DNA of 45,754 nt from a virus. Its lineage: Duplodnaviria; Caudoviricetes. This document shows, one piece after another, positions 23,048-33,399 of this stretch (position 1 is its first letter; every line of letters begins with the position of its first letter). The notes beneath the pieces were generated by a model. That model made no database searches. It was not told where the DNA came from and saw only the letters and a program-made list of their open reading frames with translations. The DNA lies in the IMG/VR virus record IMGVR_UViG_3300036856_000017, positions 1-45,754 of that record; one strand, given 5' to 3'. The position numbers were made by a program, and so were the translations under genes.

Positions 23048-25077
23048 CAGTCCAGCCACCATTTCCACGTCGGCGCGGCGCTGTAGGTCAGTGCGACGGT
23101 GCCCCCGGCCGGGACGTCGATGATCGGGTTCACGGTGCTGCCCGACTGCATCGCGGTGCCGTTGACCGAGATGCCGGTGACGGTGCCGGTGACATAGACC
23201 GTGGCGTCGCGCCACGACGTGTTCGTCGCCGCGACAGTGGTCGCCGGGACAGCGGGAGCACCGGACCAGAGGCCGCGCGGCCTGCCGTCGTTGATGACTT
23301 TCAGGCCTGCCGCGCCGATGACGATCGGGTCGCGGCCGTCCACCGTGTTGCTCCAGTGGATCTCACCAAGGAAGGCGTTGCCCGGGTCGGAAATGTCGAA
23401 GCCGCCGCCGCCGGATGCTGTCGCGGACGTTTCCGTCGCCCACTCGCCGATGTGCACAACGGCCTTCCCGGTGCCGCCGCCCAGGTATTCCATACCGCCC
23501 TGGTAACCCTCGGCGGTCACGTGGTTGATAGTCAATCCGTGACCGCTAGTGCTATCGGTGACTGACACGATCCGGGCCGCATAGAGGGCCTTCAGGACAT
23601 CGATTTTCGTATGCTCCGATGGGCCGGAAATGCTGGTGCGGAACCCAGATGACTCGAAGCTGGACAGGAAGCTGTCCGCGTTGTTGCCCTTCACCGGCAG
23701 CCGCAGGCCGCATCCCAGGCGGCTCCCGAAGATCGTGGAGTCGTTGAAGATACTCAGCAGCAACGGTCCTGTGCCCTCCGCCGCCTGAGCGAACACCTTG
23801 GCAGAGCAGCCCCCGCCCCCGATGCCGGTGGCGTAGCTGAAGTCGAATGCCGTGACGTTGGTGTACACCGGTGCGACGACCATAATGTCGCGGAACACCG
23901 GCTTGACGTTGACGAACGTCGGGCTGATCGCGCCCGCCATACCGGACTCCGGGGTCGGGGTCCCGAAGACACTCTGGAACCCGTACGTCGCGTCGGCAGT
24001 GGACGGGGCGGGCTTCATCGACACGACCGCCGACCCGGCGACGTTCGGGATCGTACTGTTCCAGTAGTCGTTGTGGTCCACGACGCCGGCGCCCTTGAAG
24101 GCGAGGACGAGCTTGCGCCCGTTGTTGTTCGATGGGGCCGGGATGGGGATCTGCGCGTTGTAGAGCGCGGTGCCGTCGTTGGACTGAGTCAGGCCCGCGA
24201 CGATGTAGATCGCGTCGGAGAACAGCACCTCGGCGTAGTAGTCGTGCGCCTCGGCGTAGGTCTTCGCCGCCGCGACAGCGGCGTTGATCGCCGTGTTGAC
24301 GTCCGTCCCGAAAACCGCGTTCAGGCCGGTCGCGGTCGCGGTGATCGCGATCGGGGTGCCGTCGATCGTGACGGAGGTCCCGCTGATGGCGGTGATCGTC
24401 CCGATCGCCGCCGAGTCGACCCCGCGCGCCCCGTTGATCATGACCCACTGGCCGACGATCGCCGCCGCCGAGATCGTCGCGGACGTGAACGTGTCGGTCC
24501 CGTTCGTCGCGACGTCCGTGGCGATCTTGCCGTAGGTCACGCTTCCGTGATCCTCCGGCCGGAACTGCCACGGCCGGAACTGCGGCGGCACGTTGCCCAG
24601 CTCGTTCGCGGGCACCTGCCCGGAGCCGTCCACGCTCGCCGCGCCCACGTCGGACGCGATGAGGGTGACCGCGCCGGTCTTCCCGTTCACGGACGACACG
24701 CCGCCGCCGCCAGCGGTGCCTCCGGCGGCGACCAGCGCCGAGAGGTCCACGGTCTCCCCGAGGCTGCTCGGCAGCTGGATCTTGTACGTGCGCTGCGCCC
24801 ACCCGGTGATCTTCTCCGTCACCGTGTACTGGAAGCCGGACGGGTTCAGGTCCGCATTGTCGGTGCAGGGCAGCGTGATGCCGGACATCCCGTTCGTCAT
24901 CAGCTGCCCGTTCGACACCCCGGCGACAGCGGGGCCGCCGAAGGCGACCTTGCCGGTGCTGTCGGTAATCACGCCGCCGGGGTCGAACGTGACCGTCCCG
25001 CCGGACGCGGGAGTGCCGTCAATGCTGAAGTATGAGCCGGTAACCAGGATCGCGGTCAGGTCCCCAGGCAGGGCCAT
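23047..25077 (-). CDS. Tail fibre/spike, probable receptor-binding protein with beta-helix-like region
   Basis: VSSVNGKTGAVTL linker; GTD...AINAAV beta-helix entry motif; Gly/Thr-rich; last tail gene. Confidence 0.78.
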   Translation of the reverse strand: MALPGDLTAILVTGSYFSIDGTPASGGTVTFDPGGVITDSTGKVAFGGPAVAGVSNGQLMTNGMSGITLPCTDNADLNPSGFQYTVTEKITGWAQRTYKIQLPSSLGETVDLSALVAAGGTAGGGGVSSVNGKTGAVTLIASDVGAASVDGSGQVPANELGNVPPQFRPWQFRPEDHGSVTYGKIATDVATNGTDTFTSATISAAAIVGQWVMINGARGVDSAAIGTITAISGTSVTIDGTPIAITATATGLNAVFGTDVNTAINAAVAAAKTYAEAHDYYAEVLFSDAIYIVAGLTQSNDGTALYNAQIPIPAPSNNNGRKLVLAFKGAGVVDHNDYWNSTIPNVAGSAVVSMKPAPSTADATYGFQSVFGTPTPESGMAGAISPTFVNVKPVFRDIMVVAPVYTNVTAFDFSYATGIGGGGCSAKVFAQAAEGTGPLLLSIFNDSTIFGSRLGCGLRLPVKGNNADSFLSSFESSGFRTSISGPSEHTKIDVLKALYAARIVSVTDSTSGHGLTINHVTAEGYQGGMEYLGGGTGKAVVHIGEWATETSATASGGGGFDISDPGNAFLGEIHWSNTVDGRDPIVIGAAGLKVINDGRPRGLWSGAPAVPATTVAATNTSWRDATVYVTGTVTGISVNGTAMQSGSTVNPIIDVPAGGTVALTYSAAPTWKWWLD

Positions 25078-25107
25078 GTGTGATGTCTCCTCAGTGATGC
25101 GGGCCGG

Positions 25108-26070
25108 TTAAAGGGGCGTGCCGACCGAGTACAGGCCGGATCCGATGGCGAAGCTCGCGGTGGTGGCGAACCCGAAGCAGCTGACGACTCCGGCGGAACT
25201 GACCCGCAGGGCCGCGCTCTCGTTGTTGTAGCCGGACAGGATCCGCTGCCGGTCAGTGTGGGCGTACAGCACCCGGTCTGCCGGCGGGCAGTAGGCCGCG
25301 GGCAGGGGATGGCCGAGGACCGTCGTGCCGTCGGCGGTGTAGGTGCCCCCGGCCGTGGTCAGGTTGAACTCGGCGAAAACGATCCCCGGAAAGACGAATT
25401 TGTACCGGAAGAAGTTCGGGGCAGTGTGGGCCGTCCAGCCGGGGACGCCGTCGCCGCCGTCCTGCCACGTGTCGGCCCGGTAGACGGTCTGCCACGCCGC
25501 GCCGGGCGCGTCAGACATGAGCAGGTTGCCGGTGTCCGGCTGGATCAGCAGGCTTGCCCGGTCCAGGACCGGCGTCCCCGCAGTGGACGGCATCACCGCG
25601 ATCGGGCTGCTGATCTTCAGCCGCTCATCGACGAGGGCCGACAGTGACCCGTCCAATCCGGTGGTCCAGTGCGCGATCGGCAGGTCCCAGAGGCCGGTGC
25701 TGGTCTGCGTGACCGCGGGGATAGCCGGGGTCGGCGCCGGAGTGCCCGTGATGACGGTCGGGACGATGAACCCCGCTGCGGTGGACGCGGCCCGGTTCAG
25801 CCGAAGCACCAGGCGGTCAATCCGGTTCTGCGATGACGCCGCCGGGATCGACGTGTACGTCGGCGTGCTGACGGGCTTGTAAAACGCCCGGACGATCGCG
25901 CCGCCCGGCTGGATCACGACGTTTCGGCCGGAGTCGTCCAGGCTCGGCAGCATCTCCGAGCCCTCGCCCGGGATGATGCCGGAGCCCATCGCCGGATGGA
26001 AGAACTCCTCCCACTGGCCGACCGTCGACATCGCGGAGATGCCTGGCACTGGATAGGCGTCGTCTGCCAT
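25108..26070 (-). CDS. Minor tail protein
   Basis: NRIDRLVLRL...WDLPIA...LVDER N-terminal module. Confidence 0.8.
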   Translation of the reverse strand: MADDAYPVPGISAMSTVGQWEEFFHPAMGSGIIPGEGSEMLPSLDDSGRNVVIQPGGAIVRAFYKPVSTPTYTSIPAASSQNRIDRLVLRLNRAASTAAGFIVPTVITGTPAPTPAIPAVTQTSTGLWDLPIAHWTTGLDGSLSALVDERLKISSPIAVMPSTAGTPVLDRASLLIQPDTGNLLMSDAPGAAWQTVYRADTWQDGGDGVPGWTAHTAPNFFRYKFVFPGIVFAEFNLTTAGGTYTADGTTVLGHPLPAAYCPPADRVLYAHTDRQRILSGYNNESAALRVSSAGVVSCFGFATTASFAIGSGLYSVGTPL

Positions 26071-27267
26071 CTACGGTGTCCTCTTCTGCAGCTCGTTGAT
26101 CTTGCGCTTCACGATGGTCAGCTGGTTGGTCAGGTCGTTGGCGCTGGCGGTCTGCGTCGTGGTGCCTACGTTGAACTGGATCAGCCGCGTCCCGGCCGAC
26201 GCGTCCGCCTCGATGTGCACGGAGCTGATCACGTCCGTGATGACCGTCCCCGGGCGCGTCGGGTCCACGATCGTCACGATGTCGCCGCGCCTCACCGTCT
26301 GCGGGTAGCGCACCTGCGGCGTCTCCACGATCGTCACGTTGCGGGCGTACTGGCGGCGCCCCGCGGTGAGCGCAGCCTGCCCGGCCTGCGTCATCGTCGC
26401 CGCGTCCGACGTGCTCGAGGAGTCCACCGCCTGGCGCACGATCATCCGCCACGACTGCGCCGAGACGCTGTCGTCGACTTCGGTCACCACCTGCGCCGCG
26501 CCGGTTCCCGCGCCGAGCACCACCGCATGGGTGAGCGTCGGCATTGAGACGGTGCTGTCGATCGTGGTCAGCGTCCCGGCCTCGCGGGAGAACCGCATCC
26601 GGCTCGTGAGGTCGCGCGGCTCGTAGACGTCGAACACCAGCGTGGAGCCCGACTGGAGCACCTCGGCGCCGAGGTTGGAGCCCGCGTTCGAGATGGTCTG
26701 GATGATGTCCAGCAGGCCATTGAACCGGGCCGTGAACGAGACGGTGTCGCCGCGGCCCTGGTCGGTGGCGACGGTCACCGTCCGCGCCAGCGGGGCGCTC
26801 GCGTCCCCGCGCGCCGTCGCCCGCGTGCTGCCCACGTTCGCGGCCACGTAGTGCTTGATGACCGTCTCGGCGGCATGCGACGTCTGCACGTCCTGGTAGG
26901 TGCTGCCCGACTGCCCGGTCGCGTTCAGCGCCGGGTTCGGGTAGGCGATCTCGTTCGCGACGATCACCAGGTCATCTGCGCCGGTGACGGTGATCGTTCC
27001 CGGACCGCCGTCGCTGGCGGCCGTCCAGGACCGCGGGCCGTCGTCCTCAATGGGACCCGACAGCAGTTCCTGTCCCCAGCGCAGCAGGATCACGCCCCAG
27101 CCGGGGCCGATCTTGTCCAGCACTGACGGGATCGCGGGCAGCGTCAGCGTCCAGGCCGACACGTCCGCGTGCCGGTGGTCCAGCACCAGCGTCTTCCACG
27201 GCAGGTAGCCGCGCCGGACCAGGTCCGGGTCCCGGCTGATGACCTGCCACTCCTGCGAGCTCACCAT
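26071..27267 (-). CDS. Minor tail/baseplate hub protein (Gp37/Tal-like)
   Basis: Position after Dit; AETVIKHYVAANVG, FDVYEPRD, GDIVT. Confidence 0.82.
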   Translation of the reverse strand: MVSSQEWQVISRDPDLVRRGYLPWKTLVLDHRHADVSAWTLTLPAIPSVLDKIGPGWGVILLRWGQELLSGPIEDDGPRSWTAASDGGPGTITVTGADDLVIVANEIAYPNPALNATGQSGSTYQDVQTSHAAETVIKHYVAANVGSTRATARGDASAPLARTVTVATDQGRGDTVSFTARFNGLLDIIQTISNAGSNLGAEVLQSGSTLVFDVYEPRDLTSRMRFSREAGTLTTIDSTVSMPTLTHAVVLGAGTGAAQVVTEVDDSVSAQSWRMIVRQAVDSSSTSDAATMTQAGQAALTAGRRQYARNVTIVETPQVRYPQTVRRGDIVTIVDPTRPGTVITDVISSVHIEADASAGTRLIQFNVGTTTQTASANDLTNQLTIVKRKINELQKRTP

Positions 27268-28187
27268 GCGCCGAGATACCTCGGCGCGAACGTCACCGTG
27301 ACGCTGCTGGCGGCGGTCGCGCCGGTCACCGTGATGGCCAGGTTCGTGTCACCCGGCGGCAGCGTCCAGAAATCGGGGTAGTCCGCCAGGTGCGGCCACC
27401 AGTCCGTGCCCGTCTGGTCAGTGGCGGTCAGTCCCGTCAGCGGGGCGAGCTCGACCGGCCGGCAGTCCACGGTCACGGTCGTGCCCGATCCGATCGCCGC
27501 GGTGAACGCGTACGACTGGCCGGTGTCGGCGTTCTCGATCGTCACCGTACCGGGACCGGTGATCGACCAGACGGGATAAGCGTCGGTGTCGCCCGGGTTC
27601 GTGACCGCGCTCGAGCCGATGACCGCGCCGGAGCCGAGCAGCACCGGCGGCATCGGGGGCACCCCGGCCGAGGACGGGGCGAGCTGCCAGGTCCGGCTGA
27701 CCGCGTCGCCTTCCCATGTCGGGACCGGCGCGTAGAACTGCAGGTTCGGCAGCGCGCACCATCCCGCGGCCACGTCGTCGACGTCGGATTCGGTCGGCGT
27801 CGCGCCGCCCTGGTAGTACGCGGCCAGCGACCGCGCCGAGGCGTCCGGCAGCTGCACGGTGACGCGGCCCGGCACCGGCAGCCCTGTCGCGGAGTCCACC
27901 GGGTGGCGCAGCGTCGCCTGCAGCGCCCGGAGCCGCGCCAGGTAGGTAGCGGCGTCCGGCCCCATCACGTACAGCGGGACGGTCATCAGGCGCGGCTGGA
28001 CGCGGTGCGTGCGCACCAGCGAGGACCCGTCCCACATGGCGTCACTGACGATCTGAGCGTCCACCGGGCCGAATCCGGTCCGGCCCGTCGTGCTGATGTA
28101 GCCGCCCTCGCTGTCGGTCAGGCCGATCGTCACTCCGGCCGCGCTCGTCCACGAGATGGCCTTCGATGCCCAGTCCGCCACCGTCAC
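27261..28187 (-). CDS. Distal tail protein (Dit-like)
   Basis: Immediately after the tape measure; NPGDTDAYPVWSITGP, FWTLPPG. Confidence 0.82.
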   Translation of the reverse strand: MTVADWASKAISWTSAAGVTIGLTDSEGGYISTTGRTGFGPVDAQIVSDAMWDGSSLVRTHRVQPRLMTVPLYVMGPDAATYLARLRALQATLRHPVDSATGLPVPGRVTVQLPDASARSLAAYYQGGATPTESDVDDVAAGWCALPNLQFYAPVPTWEGDAVSRTWQLAPSSAGVPPMPPVLLGSGAVIGSSAVTNPGDTDAYPVWSITGPGTVTIENADTGQSYAFTAAIGSGTTVTVDCRPVELAPLTGLTATDQTGTDWWPHLADYPDFWTLPPGDTNLAITVTGATAASSVTVTFAPRYLGAW

Positions 28188-31100
28188 CGCCTGGCCAGGC
28201 GCACCTGGCGCGAGGCCATGGTCAGCGCGTTCTCGATGTCCGCCTGCGTCGTGAAGCCCGGCACGTGGTGCACGTGCATCTCGCCGACAAGCGGGCCGTC
28301 GCCGCCCCTGGTGCCGAGCGCCGCGGACTGCTCCGGGGAAAGGATCTGGCCGGGCCGGTCGAACATGGCCAGCTCGGGACCGCGGTCGCCGGTAACCATG
28401 AGCTGCCCCGCGGCGAACTTGCCGCCGTGCCCGTAGTGCGGGAGCTTGCTCGCCGGGACGCCCAGCCAGCGGGCGACCTCCCGGCCCATCGTGGCGCCGA
28501 GGCTCTTCATCTGCTTCTCCAGCGCCGCCTGCTGGGACTTGAATCCGTCCACGACCGCCGACCCGTACACGGCGACCGCGGCACTGTGCGCCACGCTTCC
28601 GGCGGCGGCGTTGATGGCCGAATCGGCGGCGTTGATCTGCTTGATGACCGACGATCCGCCGGACAGCATCGCCTGCGCGTAGGTGTAGCCGTCATCCGGA
28701 CCGAGGGCTACGACCTGCTGGATCAGCGACGCCGACAGCCCGGCCTTCCGGAGCTGGCCGAGTGCCCCGGCGAACTTGCTCAGCTGGGCAAGCTTCGCCT
28801 GGAGCTGGGGCGCGAGGCCGCCGCCCTTCTGGAACGGGTCGACGGTGAGGTTCGACAGGGCGCCGTAGCCGGACAGGCTGGAGGCCACCGACGACTGATA
28901 GGACGCGGCGGCGTTGTGCTGGCTGGTCAGCGTGGACAGCTTGTTCACCAGGCCGGTCAGCTGCCTGGACTGCCCGGCGATGACGTTCTCCGCCCATGCC
29001 GCCGGGCGCCCGCTGTAGTACTTCTGGATCGCCTTGACGGCGGCGGACTGCTCGGCCGCGATCTTGCTGAGCGTGGTGACGGTGCCGGACAGGTACGCGT
29101 CGACAACAGGCAACGCGGTATTCTGCTCGGCAGTCCTCGCGGACGCGCGCCGCTTCGCCGCGGCCGCTTCTGCCCGGTCCGCGGCAGCTTCCACCGCCGC
29201 CGCGTGCCGTTCCGCCGCGGTCAGCGTCCCGGTGGCATACCCGGCCATGCCGCTGGCTGCCGCGCGCATCGAGTCGCCGTGGGACAGGACCGTCTCGCCA
29301 CCGTGGAAGTTCACGAGCTCCCGGCCCTGCTCGCCGACCCATGCCCAGCCGGGCCTGGCACCCGGGGTGCCCTTCGCGTACCAGTTGAACGCCTGCTCGT
29401 GCGCCCAGGCCGCCGCCGGGCTGCCGTACCGCTGCGCGATATAGTCCAGCAATCCGATGGCCTGCCCCTGAGCCGTGCTGGGATTGCCTCCCGGCCACTG
29501 GTCGTACCAGCTCGGGCCGGTGATGCCCTGGGCGATTCCGTACGCGCCAGACGACGGGTTGCGGGCGTTCAGGTTCCAGCCCGCCTCGCGCATCTCAACG
29601 GCATTCAGCGCGTTCCACTGCGCGCCGGTCCAGCCCCGGGCGGCGGCCATCTGCTGCACCAGCTTCTGGACCGCGCCCGCCGAGCCTCCCGCGGCAGCCG
29701 CCGCCGCAGCTCCGAGGCCGCCGAGGCCGGTAAGCGGGGAGCCGCCGCTGCCGAAGAGCGAGCCGAGCGCGGACAGGGCCTTCGCTGGCAGGTTCGTAAG
29801 GGACACCATGCCCTTTTGCGCGATCGCGCCGAGGGCGTTCGGCATGCTGCCGAAGATCTTCTTGACCATCCCGGTGACGTCGTGGCTCATCATGCCCTTG
29901 AACAGGCCGGACATCAGGTGGCTGCCGAGCCCGGCCATGACGGTCGATGGGGACTTGATGCCGAAGAAGCTCTTGACCGCGCCGACGATCGGGTCGACGA
30001 TCGTGGACTTGATCCAGCCGCCGATGCCCCGCATGGCGCCGCTAATGCCGCCCAGCAGGCCACGGATGATATCGCCGCCGTGGCCGGTCAGCCAGCTTCC
30101 GGCTTTGGCGAAGTTGCCGATGATCCAGCCGCCGATTTTCGTGATCCAGCTCCACGCGGCAGCCCACTGCGCCTTCTGCCCGTTCCAGAGGCCCGAGATC
30201 ACGTCACGTCCGTGCCCCAGGAGCCACGACGCTGCCTTAGCGAAGGCCGACCCTATCCAGCCGCCGATCTTGGTCACCCACGACCATGCCTGTGCCCACT
30301 GCGCCTTCTGGCCGTCCCACAGGCCCCGGATGATGTCGGTGCCCTTGGACAGCAGCCAGGAACCGGCCTTCGCGAAAACGCTGCCGATCCAGCCGCCGAT
30401 TTTCCCCAGCCAGGCGAATTCGAGTTCCCATTCCATCTTCGCCCCGCCCCAGAGGCCGCCGAGGATGTCACCTCCGGCCTTGAGCAGCCATTTTCCGGCC
30501 TTGATGAACGGGGCGGCCATCCACTCGTTGATCTTGCCCAGCCAGCGCAGCAGGAACGAGAGGCCGTCCTCCGCCCCGTACCACAGGCCGAGGAGGATCG
30601 ATTCGCCCTTGCTCACGAGCCAGTCCTGCGGCTTCGCGAAATAGGCGAGGATCTTTTCGCCGAGTGGGCCGAACAGCTTCTTGAGGATCCCGCCTAGCGC
30701 GGACTCCATCATGGTGCCGGCCTTCTCCAGCGGGCCCAGGAACACCTTCAGCAGCGGGCCGAGAAAGGGGATCTTGTCGAAGATCTGCAGGATGAGGCCG
30801 CCCACCCGGCCGATCGGGATGATCGACGAGAGGAAGAGCAGCATGTCCATCGGGTGATGGATCGCCTCGGAGATGAGCGCCATCGGGAGCTGGACGACGA
30901 GCCCGACCGCCAGGCCGACGGCCACGTTCGCGAAGGCTTTCCCCATCGACGTCCAGTTGATCTTGCCCAGCAGCGTCAGGAACGCGGCGCCGATCTTCTG
31001 CGCGCCGGTGACGGCGGAGCTGATGATGTTGGAGAAGACCTGCCCCCAGTCGATCTTCTTGACCGCATTCATGATGGTGTCGATGAAGCTGGGGGGCGCC

Positions 31101-32698
31101 TTCGGTGCCGGTGGCGCCGGGACCTTGAACGGGTTCGCCGACGGCACGTTGAACAGGTCCGATGCGTTCTTCACGCCTCGCGGCAGCACCGGCTTCAGCG
31201 GCACCAGCACCGTGTCCAGCGCCCGCTGGCTGAATAGGTCCGATGCGTTCTTCACGCCCTTGGGCATGACCAGCTTCGCGGGGATCAGGACGGGCTTCTG
31301 TGACAGGCCGAGCAGGTCCGCCGCGCTCTTCGCGCCCTTCGGGAGAGTCAGCTTCACCGGGGCGAGCACGGTGCCCTGCCGCGGCAGGTTGAACAAGTCG
31401 GCGGCGTTCTTGATGCCCTTCGGCATCATCGGCTTCGCCACGATCGGTATGGGCGCCGGCTTGATCCCCAGGAGGTTCTTAAGCCACTGCTCGGCCTCCG
31501 AGACGTCCTTCTTGATCTTGTCCACCGGGATCAGCCCGGAGACCTTGCCAGCCCAGGCCGACACGACGGGGATAGCTGTCTTGTTGAGGAATGACACGAA
31601 CGCGGTCACCGGCGGCAGCAGCGCCAGGCCGATCTTGATCCCGACGGCATCGAGGCCGCCCCGGAGCATAGCGAACTGCTGCGACGCGGTCTGCTGCGTG
31701 GCCTGCCATTCCGAGCCGAATTTCGTCGCGCCCTGGCTCAGCACCGCCTGCTTGCTGTTCAGCCGGTCAACCTGGTCGATCAGAACGCCGATGCCGGAAC
31801 CGGCCTTCTTTCCGAACAGCTCGGTGATGATCTGGCCGTACTGGGTCGCGGGGATGCCTGCGGCCTTCAGGTGCTGCGACAGCAGGTCGATCGTCGCGAC
31901 GGTGCCGTGCAGGCTCTGGTACTTGCCGAGCTCGCCGACCTGAAGGCCAAGCTCCTTCAGCGCGGGACCCGCCGTCTTGGCCTGCACCGCGATCGCCTGA
32001 ACGGCTATCCGGAGCTGCGTGCCAGCCTCAGCGCCGCGGATGTTGTTGTCACCGAAGGTCGCCAGGGCAGCGCCCACGTCGTTCAGCGTGGACCCGTAGA
32101 GCTTGACGTTGCTCAGGAAGCCGGTGCCCATGGCGTCGGCGAGATCCTGCATCTTCATGTCGCCGGCGCCGACGGTGGCGTTCAGCACGCCCATCGCGGA
32201 CTGGTAATTCTGGACACCGGGGATGCCGGACGCGATTGCGGCACCGAGGGCGTTGGTGACGTCGACCAGGTCGGCGCCGCCGACCCTGGCGCCCTCCGCC
32301 GCGATCTTCACGGCGTTCAGCATCTGCGGGCCGGTCGCTCCCATGCTCGCCATGTTCGACGCCACGTGATAGAACGACTCGGCGAGAGAGTCCGGGTTCT
32401 GGCCGACCTTCCCGGCAAGGTCCAGCACGCCCTGGGACAGTCCGGCGATCTTGGACTGCGCCACCCCGGCCTGCGTATGGATCCTCTCCATCGACGCCTG
32501 GAAAGTGACCGCGGACTTGACCGACTCCACCCCGATCGCCACGGCGCCCGCGGCCATGGCGGCGCCCGCCAGCACGGCCGCCTTGCCGAGGTTGGACAGC
32601 CTGCCGTGCAGGCCGTCGGCGGAGTCCCCGGCCTTCTTGAGTGCCGGAGACAGGCTGTCACGGCCGATGAGGTCATAGATGACGCTGACAGTCGACAT
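28184..32698 (-). CDS. Tape measure protein with C-terminal lytic transglycosylase-like domain
   Basis: 1504 aa; Ala/Gly-rich; 44-aa Trp-periodic repeats; REAGWN..ARNPSSGAYGIAQ motif near 29400-29620. Confidence 0.93.
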   Translation of the reverse strand: MSTVSVIYDLIGRDSLSPALKKAGDSADGLHGRLSNLGKAAVLAGAAMAAGAVAIGVESVKSAVTFQASMERIHTQAGVAQSKIAGLSQGVLDLAGKVGQNPDSLAESFYHVASNMASMGATGPQMLNAVKIAAEGARVGGADLVDVTNALGAAIASGIPGVQNYQSAMGVLNATVGAGDMKMQDLADAMGTGFLSNVKLYGSTLNDVGAALATFGDNNIRGAEAGTQLRIAVQAIAVQAKTAGPALKELGLQVGELGKYQSLHGTVATIDLLSQHLKAAGIPATQYGQIITELFGKKAGSGIGVLIDQVDRLNSKQAVLSQGATKFGSEWQATQQTASQQFAMLRGGLDAVGIKIGLALLPPVTAFVSFLNKTAIPVVSAWAGKVSGLIPVDKIKKDVSEAEQWLKNLLGIKPAPIPIVAKPMMPKGIKNAADLFNLPRQGTVLAPVKLTLPKGAKSAADLLGLSQKPVLIPAKLVMPKGVKNASDLFSQRALDTVLVPLKPVLPRGVKNASDLFNVPSANPFKVPAPPAPKAPPSFIDTIMNAVKKIDWGQVFSNIISSAVTGAQKIGAAFLTLLGKINWTSMGKAFANVAVGLAVGLVVQLPMALISEAIHHPMDMLLFLSSIIPIGRVGGLILQIFDKIPFLGPLLKVFLGPLEKAGTMMESALGGILKKLFGPLGEKILAYFAKPQDWLVSKGESILLGLWYGAEDGLSFLLRWLGKINEWMAAPFIKAGKWLLKAGGDILGGLWGGAKMEWELEFAWLGKIGGWIGSVFAKAGSWLLSKGTDIIRGLWDGQKAQWAQAWSWVTKIGGWIGSAFAKAASWLLGHGRDVISGLWNGQKAQWAAAWSWITKIGGWIIGNFAKAGSWLTGHGGDIIRGLLGGISGAMRGIGGWIKSTIVDPIVGAVKSFFGIKSPSTVMAGLGSHLMSGLFKGMMSHDVTGMVKKIFGSMPNALGAIAQKGMVSLTNLPAKALSALGSLFGSGGSPLTGLGGLGAAAAAAAGGSAGAVQKLVQQMAAARGWTGAQWNALNAVEMREAGWNLNARNPSSGAYGIAQGITGPSWYDQWPGGNPSTAQGQAIGLLDYIAQRYGSPAAAWAHEQAFNWYAKGTPGARPGWAWVGEQGRELVNFHGGETVLSHGDSMRAAASGMAGYATGTLTAAERHAAAVEAAADRAEAAAAKRRASARTAEQNTALPVVDAYLSGTVTTLSKIAAEQSAAVKAIQKYYSGRPAAWAENVIAGQSRQLTGLVNKLSTLTSQHNAAASYQSSVASSLSGYGALSNLTVDPFQKGGGLAPQLQAKLAQLSKFAGALGQLRKAGLSASLIQQVVALGPDDGYTYAQAMLSGGSSVIKQINAADSAINAAAGSVAHSAAVAVYGSAVVDGFKSQQAALEKQMKSLGATMGREVARWLGVPASKLPHYGHGGKFAAGQLMVTGDRGPELAMFDRPGQILSPEQSAALGTRGGDGPLVGEMHVHHVPGFTTQADIENALTMASRQVRLARR

Positions 32699-32718
32699 GA
32701 CCGGGGACCTCCTCTCCG

Positions 32719-33281
32719 CTATTCAGATTCCGGCGTCCACACAGGACGTCCCTCGCGCTCGAGGCGCTCGCGTTCCTCGTCCTCCAGCCGCAGCCGGTAT
32801 TCCGCCATCCACTCGGTGAGCTCGGCCGAGTCGACGCGGGCGAGCAGTTCCCGGACGGTGCAGCCGAGCTTCTCGGCTAGCTGGAAGTAGAACCGTCGCT
32901 CGGGTCGTCCTCGGAGGGTTTTCCCATCTCCTCCACGTCGTCCTCGTTGATCCGGGACAACTTCGCGGCGACCTCGAAGATGCGGTCGAGCGCGGCGGCC
33001 GACTTCTTCCCCAGCGCGCTCACGTCCTGATCGGAGAAAATCCGCTCGCCCTCGTCATCGACGACGGATCGGGCCACGAGCTTGGCGCGGATGTTCGCCG
33101 CGTTGCGGACCATATTTTTGCCGCGCTGCTGGTACATCGACGACTCAAACGCGTCGCGCTCGGTGCCTGTCAGTGCCCGGACGCGGACCGTCCCGCCCCA
33201 CTCGGGGACGTCCATGTCCTCGTACTCCATGTCGTCCGCGTCGAGGATCGCGGCACGGGACAGCAGTGGTGATTTCGCCAT
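32719..33281 (-). CDS. Tail assembly chaperone (short form stops at 32877; long form made by -1 frameshift)
   Basis: VPEWGGTVRVRALTG; slippery G GGA AAA at 32925-32919; -1 frame reads GKTLRGRPERRFYFQLAEKLGCTVRELL...ELTEWMAEY to a stop at 32719. Confidence 0.9.
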
Positions 33282-33399
33282 GGTGGTTCCTTTGCATGCG
33301 GGATGGTTGCGGGAATGCGGGAGGCAGAACCCGCCAGGACGGCGCCCCGCCGCTCACCGGTCCCGCGGCCGGATCGCGGCATGCCGCCCTGGCGGGGCT

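Noticed and set aside
30050-30625. 132-bp period repeats
   Set aside because: Ordinary 44-aa Trp-periodic tape-measure repeats; not CRISPR or DGR
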